Shown: in pieces, positions 18,849 to 27,592 of the stretch | Position numbering within the stretch: the stretch's first letter is position 1 | Layout: each line of letters opens with the position of its first letter | DNA from: a virus | Lineage: Duplodnaviria > Caudoviricetes | Virus record (IMG/VR): IMGVR_UViG_3300032224_001080 | Location: 1-60,236 of that record | Length of the DNA: 60,236 bases | Strand: one strand, 5' to 3' | Notes under the pieces: model-generated | The model's database searches: none | What the model was told of the DNA's origin: nothing | Seen by the model: only the letters and a program-made list of their open reading frames with translations | Program-made: the position numbers and the translations under genes

Positions 18849-19085
18849 TTATTTACTTTTGTAATACTCGGGTGTGTTCTTTTCGTCAATGACACACTCA
18901 ATTGGGAATTTAGCGACACTTAAACTTTCACTACCTCTAATGTCACCTTCACGATATCTTGCGGCAACAATTGTTGCTTCTTCTACCGATTCAGCTTGAA
19001 TTACGTATTTTACTTTTTTAACACGAGGGTTCCCTTCTCTGTCCATTTGTTCGGTTTCATAACCGATTGTAACTTGATAATACAT
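18849..19085 (-). CDS. DUF4494-like small protein
   Basis: YYQVTIGYE...EGNPRVKKVKYVIQAESVEEA resembles the Bacteroidota DUF4494 N-terminus (recalled similarity, not searched). Confidence 0.5.
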   Translation of the reverse strand: MYYQVTIGYETEQMDREGNPRVKKVKYVIQAESVEEATIVAARYREGDIRGSESLSVAKFPIECVIDEKNTPEYYKSK

Positions 19086-19092
19086 GTTGTTT

Positions 19093-20313
19093 TTATTTTA
19101 TAATTGATTTAAAAAATTCTACTCTATCTTTACATACTTTTTTTAATGAATATGTATCTTTTACTGTTTCATATAAACGATTACCTAAGTCTTCAATCAT
19201 ATTAGGATTTTCAACTAAACGTTTCATATGTTTTGCCCAATCTTTATGGTTCTTTTTAGAACCTACTAATAATGCGTTTCCTTTATTATTAAACTTACCT
19301 TCATCAACCGCAGAAATTAAATCAATTGTAAATGGATCCACATCACTTGCAATGATTGCCTTTTTAAAGAAACCAGCTTCAATAACTTTAAGTTGTGATT
19401 TATTTGCGTTGAATACTGAATCAACTAAAGGTGCTAATGATACATCAAATGTATTATAGTTTGTTGCGTATGTATTAATATCTTTAGTCCATCTTCTTCT
19501 ATATGGTTCATCTATGTCGTTATAATCTCCTTGAGTAAAGGTTCCTAAATAATTTTTATATTCAGAACTTAATACTTTAAAATCATCTGTGAAAAATCCT
19601 TCATATTTGTACCATACTGTTTCTGTTGGTTGTATAGGTCTTTGTTGTTGTTTACCTTCTTGATCAATAACAGTTACACTACCTCTTGTATCAAACCCAC
19701 ATAAAACGAATTGTACTTTATCTTTAAATAAATTATATGTGGAAGAAATTCCATTTGACATTAACTCTAAATCGTGTAAATGTGATGACCCACCTAACCA
19801 ACCAAATCTAACTTTATCTGATTGAACAGGTTTATTTTGAAACTGTGGTTCATCTTCATTTACCGCATTTGGAAAAACAACAACATTACTAACTTTTAAT
19901 TTATCTTTAATCGTTTTTGCAAATATTGAAGTTGTGGTGCTAACATAATCAACGGCCTTTAACATGTCAATTTTCATTTCACCAACTTTATTCATTTTAA
20001 TTGCCATATACATTGGATGCCTTTGATCAACAAACCATAGATCATCAATATCCATTATAGTAATAATACCTTTGGATTTTAACCAATTAATTCTTTTAAT
20101 GTTATGTTCGTGATTTGTTTGATGGATAAAAGTATGAAAAACTACAATATCGTAGTTTAAAAAATAATCATCTCTATCTTCCGCATTATACGAAATATCT
20201 ACGTGAATATCCTCTGAATGTTTATCTGAAATGAATACAAATGGATCCATCATTCTAAACTTACCCACACCATGCTTATCCGATGGAATTGCTAAAATTC
20301 TAATTTTTGACAT
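19093..20313 (-). CDS. glycosyltransferase, GT-B fold
   Basis: GVGKFRM..P, MDIDDLW, FPNAV, RFGWLGGSSHLHDL, DVSLAPL....FNANKSQLKVIEAG, IIASDV. Confidence 0.85.
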   Translation of the reverse strand: MSKIRILAIPSDKHGVGKFRMMDPFVFISDKHSEDIHVDISYNAEDRDDYFLNYDIVVFHTFIHQTNHEHNIKRINWLKSKGIITIMDIDDLWFVDQRHPMYMAIKMNKVGEMKIDMLKAVDYVSTTTSIFAKTIKDKLKVSNVVVFPNAVNEDEPQFQNKPVQSDKVRFGWLGGSSHLHDLELMSNGISSTYNLFKDKVQFVLCGFDTRGSVTVIDQEGKQQQRPIQPTETVWYKYEGFFTDDFKVLSSEYKNYLGTFTQGDYNDIDEPYRRRWTKDINTYATNYNTFDVSLAPLVDSVFNANKSQLKVIEAGFFKKAIIASDVDPFTIDLISAVDEGKFNNKGNALLVGSKKNHKDWAKHMKRLVENPNMIEDLGNRLYETVKDTYSLKKVCKDRVEFFKSIIK

Positions 20314-20365
20314 TTAAATTAACTTATATGTCTAAAATATAACTAAAAAATTTGAGAAAACAAAA

Positions 20366-20935
20366 TTACTTGGCTTTATTTACTCCTGTAATTTTACCCT
20401 TGAAAATAGAGTCTCCCACCTTCAATACTAAATTTTCATTAATAGATGATGTTGTGGATGCTGTAAGGATTTGATTTAATTTTTCATCCATTACTTTACG
20501 AACTGTATTTTCAATTAGAACCGCGATTGCATTCATATCAATATTGTTATTAACAATAGTTTGTTTTGTTTGTGCAGATGGTCTTGTTGCAACACCTTCT
20601 TGTTCCATTAAACGTTTTGCACCTTTAACAAAATCCATATCTAAAGTATCATTTAAAGAAATTTGTTGAATTGGGTTTTCCATCATTGCTTTTTTAATAG
20701 CGTCGGGTAACTTTGAATTTTGAATTTTATCAATATCCATATTACCACCTACAGGTCTTGTATTAGGTTGTTGAGGTGTTTGCATTTCCATTAATTCTGA
20801 AGGATCAGATCTTAACATTTCACTATTAACATGACCTCTTTCATAATTTCCACCATCAACTTTATTCATTACTTTCTTTGCTTGTACTAACTTTTTCATT
20901 AAATCGTTAGATGATATTGATCCTTGTTGTGCCAT
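20366..20935 (-). CDS. hypothetical protein
   Basis: 189 aa; TATTTATT box at 20939-20946. Confidence 0.7.
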   Translation of the reverse strand: MAQQGSISSNDLMKKLVQAKKVMNKVDGGNYERGHVNSEMLRSDPSELMEMQTPQQPNTRPVGGNMDIDKIQNSKLPDAIKKAMMENPIQQISLNDTLDMDFVKGAKRLMEQEGVATRPSAQTKQTIVNNNIDMNAIAVLIENTVRKVMDEKLNQILTASTTSSINENLVLKVGDSIFKGKITGVNKAK

Positions 20936-20968
20936 GTTAATAAATATTTTATATTATAATAAACTATT

Positions 20969-21718
20969 TTAAGAAAACATTAAACGTTTAATGTTTTTAA
21001 TACTTTCTTGTAAATTTTTATTTTCCTCATCTTCCTCAGGATTTGCAACTGGTTTTTCTATTTGTTTTGGTTGAGGTAATTCTTGTGTTTTTGGTTCCGT
21101 TGTTTTAGGTTCTGTTGGTGTAGGTTCAGGTTTTGTTACAACTTTCTCAGGTTTAGTTTGAGTTTTTGGTTGTGGTAATTCCGTTGTTTTTGGTTCCTCG
21201 GGTGTAGTCGTTGTTGTCGGTTCAACACTTGGAGTTGGTTGAGTTGTTGCAGTTGCCGAAGGGACACTTGGTTTTGGTTTAACAATCCTTGGTTTTTTAA
21301 CCTCAGGTTTATTTGTCCAATCTGTAGTTACATATGTAACACTCATAGATCTATCATCACCTTCTTTATAATCGGGTCTTTTCTGATCAAATGTTTCATC
21401 ACTAACTCTTAGATCGCTCATTCTACTAACCATAAAAGTTCTCCAACCTGTTTTATCAAATCCTTTTTTGGATACTGAAGGTGGTTGGACATATGCACGA
21501 ATAACTAAATTACCTCTTTTACTTAACCCTAAAGCCACGGCTTCAGCGTCAATTCTTTTACCAGGTTTAACACTATCTTTCGCAGGTTTTCTTGGACCTG
21601 TATAAAAAAAAGAAATCTTATTCCTATTTTTGATTGAGTCAACTATAGGTTTAGTTTTTGATGTCTTTAAAATATTTTGTTCTTCAAGTATTTTGAAGAT
21701 TGTATTTGTAAAACTCAT
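20969..21718 (-). CDS. WYL-domain-like protein with a Pro/Thr/Lys-rich tail
   Basis: SIKNRNKISFFY...R..AEAVALG.....LVIRAY...GWRTFMVSRMSDL...ETF matches the WYL Sm-like pattern (R.F..RI..L). Confidence 0.65.
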   Translation of the reverse strand: MSFTNTIFKILEEQNILKTSKTKPIVDSIKNRNKISFFYTGPRKPAKDSVKPGKRIDAEAVALGLSKRGNLVIRAYVQPPSVSKKGFDKTGWRTFMVSRMSDLRVSDETFDQKRPDYKEGDDRSMSVTYVTTDWTNKPEVKKPRIVKPKPSVPSATATTQPTPSVEPTTTTTPEEPKTTELPQPKTQTKPEKVVTKPEPTPTEPKTTEPKTQELPQPKQIEKPVANPEEDEENKNLQESIKNIKRLMFS

Positions 21719-22410
21719 TACGTTGTTGGATGTCTATTATATTCTTTTTTAGAGTTATAACTATTCTTACCGGTATTTTCTGTTCTTTTTAATATATCGG
21801 TTGTAGACCCTATAGTTCCGTTTTCATCTTTTTGTCCTTTACCATTTTCATCTCCGTCAGAAATTGCATCAGGATTTGTACTATTATATTGATTCTTTTT
21901 ATTAAACTTATTTTTAACTAAATTTTCAGTTCTTTTTAATACATCAGTTTTAGTACCTACTTGACCTGTTTCGCCTTTTTGTCCTTTACCAAAATCATCA
22001 CCATTAGAAATTGCATTAGGATTGTTAACACCATATTGATTATGTGATCCGTATGTATTTTTACCCATTAATAAATTTCTATTTGAGATATCTACAGACG
22101 TTCCAATTGCAACATTATCTTCTTTTTGACCTCTACCTTTAGTATCGCCGTCCGCCAATGCATTTGGATTTGTTAAACTATATTGGTTATTTTCATTGTA
22201 AATATTCCTACCCGTATTTGTTATTCTATTCTGTATATCTGTAGAAGAACCAACGGTACCATAATCACCTCTTTGTCCTTTTCCCTTATCATCACCATTA
22301 GATAACGCATCAACGTTTTGACTGTTGTATAAGTTTTTTTCACCATAAGAATTTCTTGTTAGAGATTCTTTTCTAAATTGTTCTGATATTTGATCTAATT
22401 TTGTTGCCAT
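21718..22410 (-). CDS. tandem-repeat protein (about 4.4 x 49 aa)
   Basis: Repeat consensus R.....KN.Y...NQY...NP.A.S.GD..GKGQ.....G...D. Confidence 0.75.
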   Translation of the reverse strand: MATKLDQISEQFRKESLTRNSYGEKNLYNSQNVDALSNGDDKGKGQRGDYGTVGSSTDIQNRITNTGRNIYNENNQYSLTNPNALADGDTKGRGQKEDNVAIGTSVDISNRNLLMGKNTYGSHNQYGVNNPNAISNGDDFGKGQKGETGQVGTKTDVLKRTENLVKNKFNKKNQYNSTNPDAISDGDENGKGQKDENGTIGSTTDILKRTENTGKNSYNSKKEYNRHPTT

Positions 22411-22411
22411 A

Positions 22412-22903
22412 TTATAACATTAATTTTTTTATTCTTTTAACTTGTTCAAATAAACCAGTTAATTTTATTGACGACACTGAATTTTTTTCTGAATTAGAAT
22501 TAAATTTAAATGAAGGTAACCAACTTGATTTTTTTGTATGTTTTTTTAAGAAACTATTTTTTCTTTCTCCCGTTGTACTTGAAATATCATCAGCTTGTTT
22601 TCTACCTTCTTTTCTATTTTGAATTAAATCTCTCTCACCCTGAAGATATTGTTTTGACCATGTATCCATTAGATCACCACCAGCCAAGTCATACCTAACT
22701 CTATCAGCAACTTTATCCATACCTTGTATGTCATGAATAATACGTTTAAGTTGACCATATGTTACTTTTTTATCAGTTAATAGTTTTTTTGCTCTCATTA
22801 CCCCATGCACATTTTGACCATTAAGACCGGTAACCGTATGGTTGATCTTGTCTAATATGTTTTGGGGTAAATCAAAATCCCTATGTTTTAACTCTTTATT
22901 CAT
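22412..22903 (-). CDS. hypothetical protein
   Basis: 163 aa, ending LFEQVKRIKKLML. Confidence 0.7.
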   Translation of the reverse strand: MNKELKHRDFDLPQNILDKINHTVTGLNGQNVHGVMRAKKLLTDKKVTYGQLKRIIHDIQGMDKVADRVRYDLAGGDLMDTWSKQYLQGERDLIQNRKEGRKQADDISSTTGERKNSFLKKHTKKSSWLPSFKFNSNSEKNSVSSIKLTGLFEQVKRIKKLML

Positions 22904-23630
22904 TATCGTCTTTAAGTCCTTTCAAAATATGATCTGGTTTAAGACCATAAGTTTTCATACTATTTTTAAGTGATTTTATTTGTTTTGCAACTATTGGATT
23001 GATTTCAATTTCTTCAACCTCTTCTTCTTTGGATAAAACATCATTATCTTTTCCTTTTTGTTTTAAAAGGTTATCAATGTATTCTTCCATGAATTTTTTA
23101 GGGTTTTCTACCAATCTCACCTTATCGTCAGGTAATTTTGGATCATATCCCATTTGTCCTAATCTATCTTCCAATTCCTTTGGATCAGTTACACCCAACT
23201 CAATAAATTTCTTTTTAGCTTCTTCATAACTAGCATCATCCATAATTGTATCTTCAGCACCTAATGCTTTACTCATATCAGACTCACCCCAATATCTTCT
23301 GAATCCCATACCTAATTTTGGTGATATTGATGATTGACCTGCTCCTGTTAATGCCACTTCGTCACTTGTTGAGTTTGATGTTATTTCAGCTCTTGAGTTA
23401 GTTGGTTTTTTACTTTTTGCAAAATTACCCGCAGCATCCACAATTTCATCAACCTCTTCCTCTTTTTCTACTTTATCAGGGATTTTACTATAATCTGTTT
23501 TATCAGAAAACTCTTTGGCCCATTTAGCCCATTTCTTGTTTTTACCACCTTTAGCCTTAGCATAGAAGAATCTTTGTTGTGCTTTTGACGCAAATTTCTC
23601 CTCAATTACCTGTTTTATAAAATTATTCAT
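22896..23630 (-). CDS. hypothetical protein, probable head-associated protein
   Basis: 244 aa; KFASKAQQRFFYA module after VIEE; TATTTATA box at 23646-23653 on the minus strand. Confidence 0.7.
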   Translation of the reverse strand: MNNFIKQVIEEKFASKAQQRFFYAKAKGGKNKKWAKWAKEFSDKTDYSKIPDKVEKEEEVDEIVDAAGNFAKSKKPTNSRAEITSNSTSDEVALTGAGQSSISPKLGMGFRRYWGESDMSKALGAEDTIMDDASYEEAKKKFIELGVTDPKELEDRLGQMGYDPKLPDDKVRLVENPKKFMEEYIDNLLKQKGKDNDVLSKEEEVEEIEINPIVAKQIKSLKNSMKTYGLKPDHILKGLKDDNE

Positions 23631-23683
23631 CTAAATAGACTTTTATATAAATATCAAATGTTATGAAAGATATTTATATTATA

Positions 23684-25480
23684 ATGAATAGACAGAATAT
23701 TTTAAACTTTTATGGATCTAAATTGGATTTGAAACTAGATTCATCGGAGCTTTATGACTATCAGTTAACCACAAATGAGGTTGATTATGATACAGATGTG
23801 TTAGATTTATCTATCCCAATCACATATAGTGCTCTTACAATTGATTCAAGTTGTTTAATAACAAACTTAAATGATCAAAAACCATGGATTGTTCCGATTG
23901 ATAGTCATTACACAGGAGATACTTGCGATTTTACGGTTAGAAGAAGAACTGAAAAGGGTTGGACATTAGATTTTGTATTTAATAGAGAAGGAAATAATTG
24001 GTCAGAAGGAAAGGTGTTTTATTATTTAGGAACAGATGATAATAGTGGTTTATTAAATTATTTAGATAATAATTTATCATTTCAATTTACTAACGATGGT
24101 AAAATTAAATGGGTTGCACATCGTTATTCAGGATATTGTGATAACAGCTCAAGTTATATTGGTACACATTATATGTCAGACGATGAAACTTCACCATTAT
24201 GTGTAATTGACAATAATAAAGATTTTAATTTAACAATTGTTTTTAATAGAAATAAAGAATATGATGGTTGTGATTTAGAAAATGAAGGTGGGTTTAACGA
24301 TTTAATACAAGGACCACATGCTGTTGAATTTATAAAACCTTTAACTGGTGTTACAGGTATGACATCAACACAAATCGTTACAGGTTACACAATTACAAAT
24401 ACTATTCAAGATTGGGTTACAGGTGGAACAATTACAACTCAATACATTGAAGAATTAAATAAGAAATGGTCAGACGAAAGAGATAAAAGATTAGGTGATT
24501 TAAAAATTTATTTAAATGGTAATTTGATTTATACTAAACATAATTGGGAAGAAGTTATTCCATCTTATAGAAATAATCAAACAATTATTCAATCATGGGG
24601 AGGAGGACAAGATTATTCGTGGTTTGGTAGTTATTCAACTTGTGGGTTTAATATGAAATCAATCAAATATTACGAAGAACCATTAGATTTCGTTCATGTT
24701 AAACATAATTTTAGAACATTAACAGGGTATACTTTTGAAATATGTAATGCACCTTGTGTGGATGATGTATACAAATACGTACCACCAACTGCAACACCAA
24801 CACCTGTACCAACTAGTACACCAACTCCGACACCGACACCGACATCGGTACCACCTACACCTACACCGACCCCAACACCCACATCAACACCTACAAACAC
24901 TCCAACTCCTACGCCATCACCAACTTATTTAATAGAACCAACTGGATTTACTTTTGATTTTGATTATATGGTAGTAGATTATTATTTTACTAATGGAAAT
25001 GATATGGATACCCAAACATATATTTCAAGACCATCAATTATGAGTTTTAGTGATGTTTATAATGAAGGATATGTGGGTACTTGTGGCCAATCAGATAGTC
25101 GTGTTTATTTTCCGAATAGTGTAAACCCTATTATATCTTATGGTGGAGATAATCATGATACTTCAGGTGTTGAATCTATATTATTTGATTTGACACAATT
25201 TAAATTACAATATACAGGAAATACAATTGAACTAACATTTACTGCAATATGGTTCTTTACTGGTAGTCCAGATCCAGTAAGTTTAAGAGCAACTTTTTAT
25301 AAAGGAGGATTTATGTATCAAGATGGTTATACATTTAGAAACGATAACCCGACTAATTCTAAGTTAGTAATGTCAGAAGGAAAAGTAATTACATCTGAAA
25401 ATATAAAAACTTGTGTTCCATTTGAAGAAGTTGGTAAATTTCGATATAATTTAATAAGTACATATGGACAATTCGTATAA
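23684..25480 (+). CDS. virion-associated protein with a Thr-Pro linker (possible lectin/LamG-like N-terminal domain)
   Basis: Beta-rich domains joined by a (PT)n linker. The start is moved from 23663 to ATG 23684 because a TATTTATA box lies at 23671-23678. Confidence 0.6.
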   Translation: MNRQNILNFYGSKLDLKLDSSELYDYQLTTNEVDYDTDVLDLSIPITYSALTIDSSCLITNLNDQKPWIVPIDSHYTGDTCDFTVRRRTEKGWTLDFVFNREGNNWSEGKVFYYLGTDDNSGLLNYLDNNLSFQFTNDGKIKWVAHRYSGYCDNSSSYIGTHYMSDDETSPLCVIDNNKDFNLTIVFNRNKEYDGCDLENEGGFNDLIQGPHAVEFIKPLTGVTGMTSTQIVTGYTITNTIQDWVTGGTITTQYIEELNKKWSDERDKRLGDLKIYLNGNLIYTKHNWEEVIPSYRNNQTIIQSWGGGQDYSWFGSYSTCGFNMKSIKYYEEPLDFVHVKHNFRTLTGYTFEICNAPCVDDVYKYVPPTATPTPVPTSTPTPTPTPTSVPPTPTPTPTPTSTPTNTPTPTPSPTYLIEPTGFTFDFDYMVVDYYFTNGNDMDTQTYISRPSIMSFSDVYNEGYVGTCGQSDSRVYFPNSVNPIISYGGDNHDTSGVESILFDLTQFKLQYTGNTIELTFTAIWFFTGSPDPVSLRATFYKGGFMYQDGYTFRNDNPTNSKLVMSEGKVITSENIKTCVPFEEVGKFRYNLISTYGQFV

Positions 25481-25497
25481 AACGAAATATTTAATGT

Positions 25498-25725
25498 ATG
25501 TCTTGGCAGATAACAGGTAAATTTATTTTAGTCCCAAAAAACCAAACATTCCCGCCAACGGGAACACCTACGCCGACGCCATCAATCACCGATACACCTA
25601 CACCAACGCCAACAAATACCCCAACACCCTCACCGACTCCAACAAATGCACCATCTTATGATGTGTTATTATTGGAAGATGGATTTAACTTATTACAAGA
25701 AGATAACACTAAAATCATATTATAA
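25498..25725 (+). CDS. small Thr-Pro-rich protein
   Basis: 75 aa with a PT repeat and a C-terminal LLLEDG..LLQED motif often seen next to fibre genes. Confidence 0.6.
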   Translation: MSWQITGKFILVPKNQTFPPTGTPTPTPSITDTPTPTPTNTPTPSPTPTNAPSYDVLLLEDGFNLLQEDNTKIIL

Positions 25726-27548
25726 TGGCAGATCAAAAAATATCCCAATTAACGGAGGTAACTAACCCAAATCCAAATGATGTAATTCCTATCGTAAATG
25801 GTGGGTCAACTAAAAAAATAACAGTTGCCAATTTAGCGGTTGCTGGTTCATCAGGAACTTCTGGTTCTAATGGTAGTTCAGGAACATCAGGTAATAATGG
25901 TTCTTCAGGAACATCAGGTTCTAATGGTACATCTGGCACAAGTGGAACATCAGGTTATGTGGATAATGATTGGTTATATTTTAGACCAACAACCACAACA
26001 ATACCACCAACAGGAAATAATTTTGTATTAACGGGTACAACAACATCTAATGGTTCAGTATCTTACAATCAATCTACGGGTATTATAACTTTAGCAGCAA
26101 ATAAGACATATAAACTTGATGCTAGTTTTGCATTGGCAAATAATGTAAATAATGGTGAATCACAATATCAATGGATAAATGTAACCGCAAGTAATACTTT
26201 AATAGGAAACGTAGGAGGTGTGTTAGTTGTTAATAGTACCGCTCCAGCAGCTTGGCAACCATTAGCGGAAGCGATTATTGTCACAACAGGAACAACACAA
26301 ATAGCATTAAGAAGTATTTTTAGTAACTCAACTGGTGGGTTTACCACAGGTCTGTGTTTTATGACTGTAACCCAAATAAATGGTTGGTCGGGTACTTCTG
26401 GAACATCAGGTAGCTCGGGAATAGGTGCAAATGGTAGCTCCGGAACTTCTGGAACAAGTGGTGTCGGAACATCTGGTACAAGTGGAACTAGTGGGGTAAA
26501 TGGTTCTTCAGGAACTAGTGGTGGAACGGGTAGTTCAGGTACATCAGGAATTAGCGGCACAAGTGGGACTTCAGGTAGTAGTGGCTCATCTGGTTCTAAT
26601 GGTAGTTCAGGAACGTCAGGTTCGTCTGGAACAAGTCCATCAGGAGTTGCAACAACAACGGTAAACCCTGATTATATTAACGCAGGTAGAATAACATCCG
26701 ACCAAACAGGTGCTGGAGTTAATAATGATATTATATTTAACTACGCAAATGTAAGTAGTGGTATAACACTTAATACATCAACCGGTGTATTCACATTGAC
26801 CGCAAATAAAACATATAATTTATTTGCAGAATTAAGTTTTGCAAATTTTAGTGATACGGCAAATGGTTATGTAATATATGATTGGGTAGATGCAACAACA
26901 AATACTAGATTAGCCACAACTGGTATAGGTGCAGGTGTAGGTGAGAATATCAATAGAAATACAAATGAATTTAATGCAACATCTACTACTTTAATTTATA
27001 CACCAAACACAAATCAAACAATAAAAGTTCGTATTGTGGAGGCGGTAGGAACAGTAACGGTTAGAGCCGGCATTGGAACAAAAGCAACGATTAAACAATT
27101 AAATCCAACCGTAACGGTAAATAATGGTACAAGCGGCACATCGGGTACTTCAGGTTCATCAGGAACAAGTCCCGCAAATGTTACATTAAAAACAACAGGG
27201 TCGTGGACATTACCAACTGGTACTACTACACAAAGTTTTACAGTTGAACAAGGACATAGTTATTCATTGTGGGTAAATGGTAATATTCCAAATGGTATTG
27301 TTATTTGGAATGCAACGGTAACATTATCAAACAACAACGTACCTGTAATTGGTGTACAATATGGTTGGTATTATGTTGCGGGAGGTGCTTTAGTTTTAAC
27401 ATCAATTCCAAGTCAGATAATTGGAACTGCGGGAAGTATTAGTACGGCATCTCCTGCGGTGTCAAATACAAACATATTTTCGTTTGGTATAACGAATAAT
27501 AGTGGGGCTTCACAAACAATTAATTACGGTTATATAAAACTATCGTAA
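25725..27548 (+). CDS. tail-fibre-like protein with Gly-Ser/Thr triplet (collagen-like) segments
   Basis: MADQKISQL...DVIPIV..GSTKKITV fibre-type N-terminus; three (GSS/GTS)n blocks separating two similar beta domains (TG..TL.ANKTY.L.A). Confidence 0.7.
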   Translation: MADQKISQLTEVTNPNPNDVIPIVNGGSTKKITVANLAVAGSSGTSGSNGSSGTSGNNGSSGTSGSNGTSGTSGTSGYVDNDWLYFRPTTTTIPPTGNNFVLTGTTTSNGSVSYNQSTGIITLAANKTYKLDASFALANNVNNGESQYQWINVTASNTLIGNVGGVLVVNSTAPAAWQPLAEAIIVTTGTTQIALRSIFSNSTGGFTTGLCFMTVTQINGWSGTSGTSGSSGIGANGSSGTSGTSGVGTSGTSGTSGVNGSSGTSGGTGSSGTSGISGTSGTSGSSGSSGSNGSSGTSGSSGTSPSGVATTTVNPDYINAGRITSDQTGAGVNNDIIFNYANVSSGITLNTSTGVFTLTANKTYNLFAELSFANFSDTANGYVIYDWVDATTNTRLATTGIGAGVGENINRNTNEFNATSTTLIYTPNTNQTIKVRIVEAVGTVTVRAGIGTKATIKQLNPTVTVNNGTSGTSGTSGSSGTSPANVTLKTTGSWTLPTGTTTQSFTVEQGHSYSLWVNGNIPNGIVIWNATVTLSNNNVPVIGVQYGWYYVAGGALVLTSIPSQIIGTAGSISTASPAVSNTNIFSFGITNNSGASQTINYGYIKLS

Positions 27549-27592
27549 TAAAAAATTAAATAGACAGAAAATAAAAGTATTTATATAACATA

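Noticed and set aside
14473-20313. Glycosyltransferases as a DNA hypermodification system
   Set aside because: No hydroxymethylase or other base-modifying gene is visible in this window, and the GTs look GT2/GT4-like. This is not excluded, since partners could lie elsewhere, but it is less supported than protein glycosylation.
24694-26560. Antisense VGVG and VPEVP ORFs and alternative-frame HLHQ ORFs (also 29322-29534)
   Set aside because: Frame or strand shadows of the PT and GTS coding repeats.
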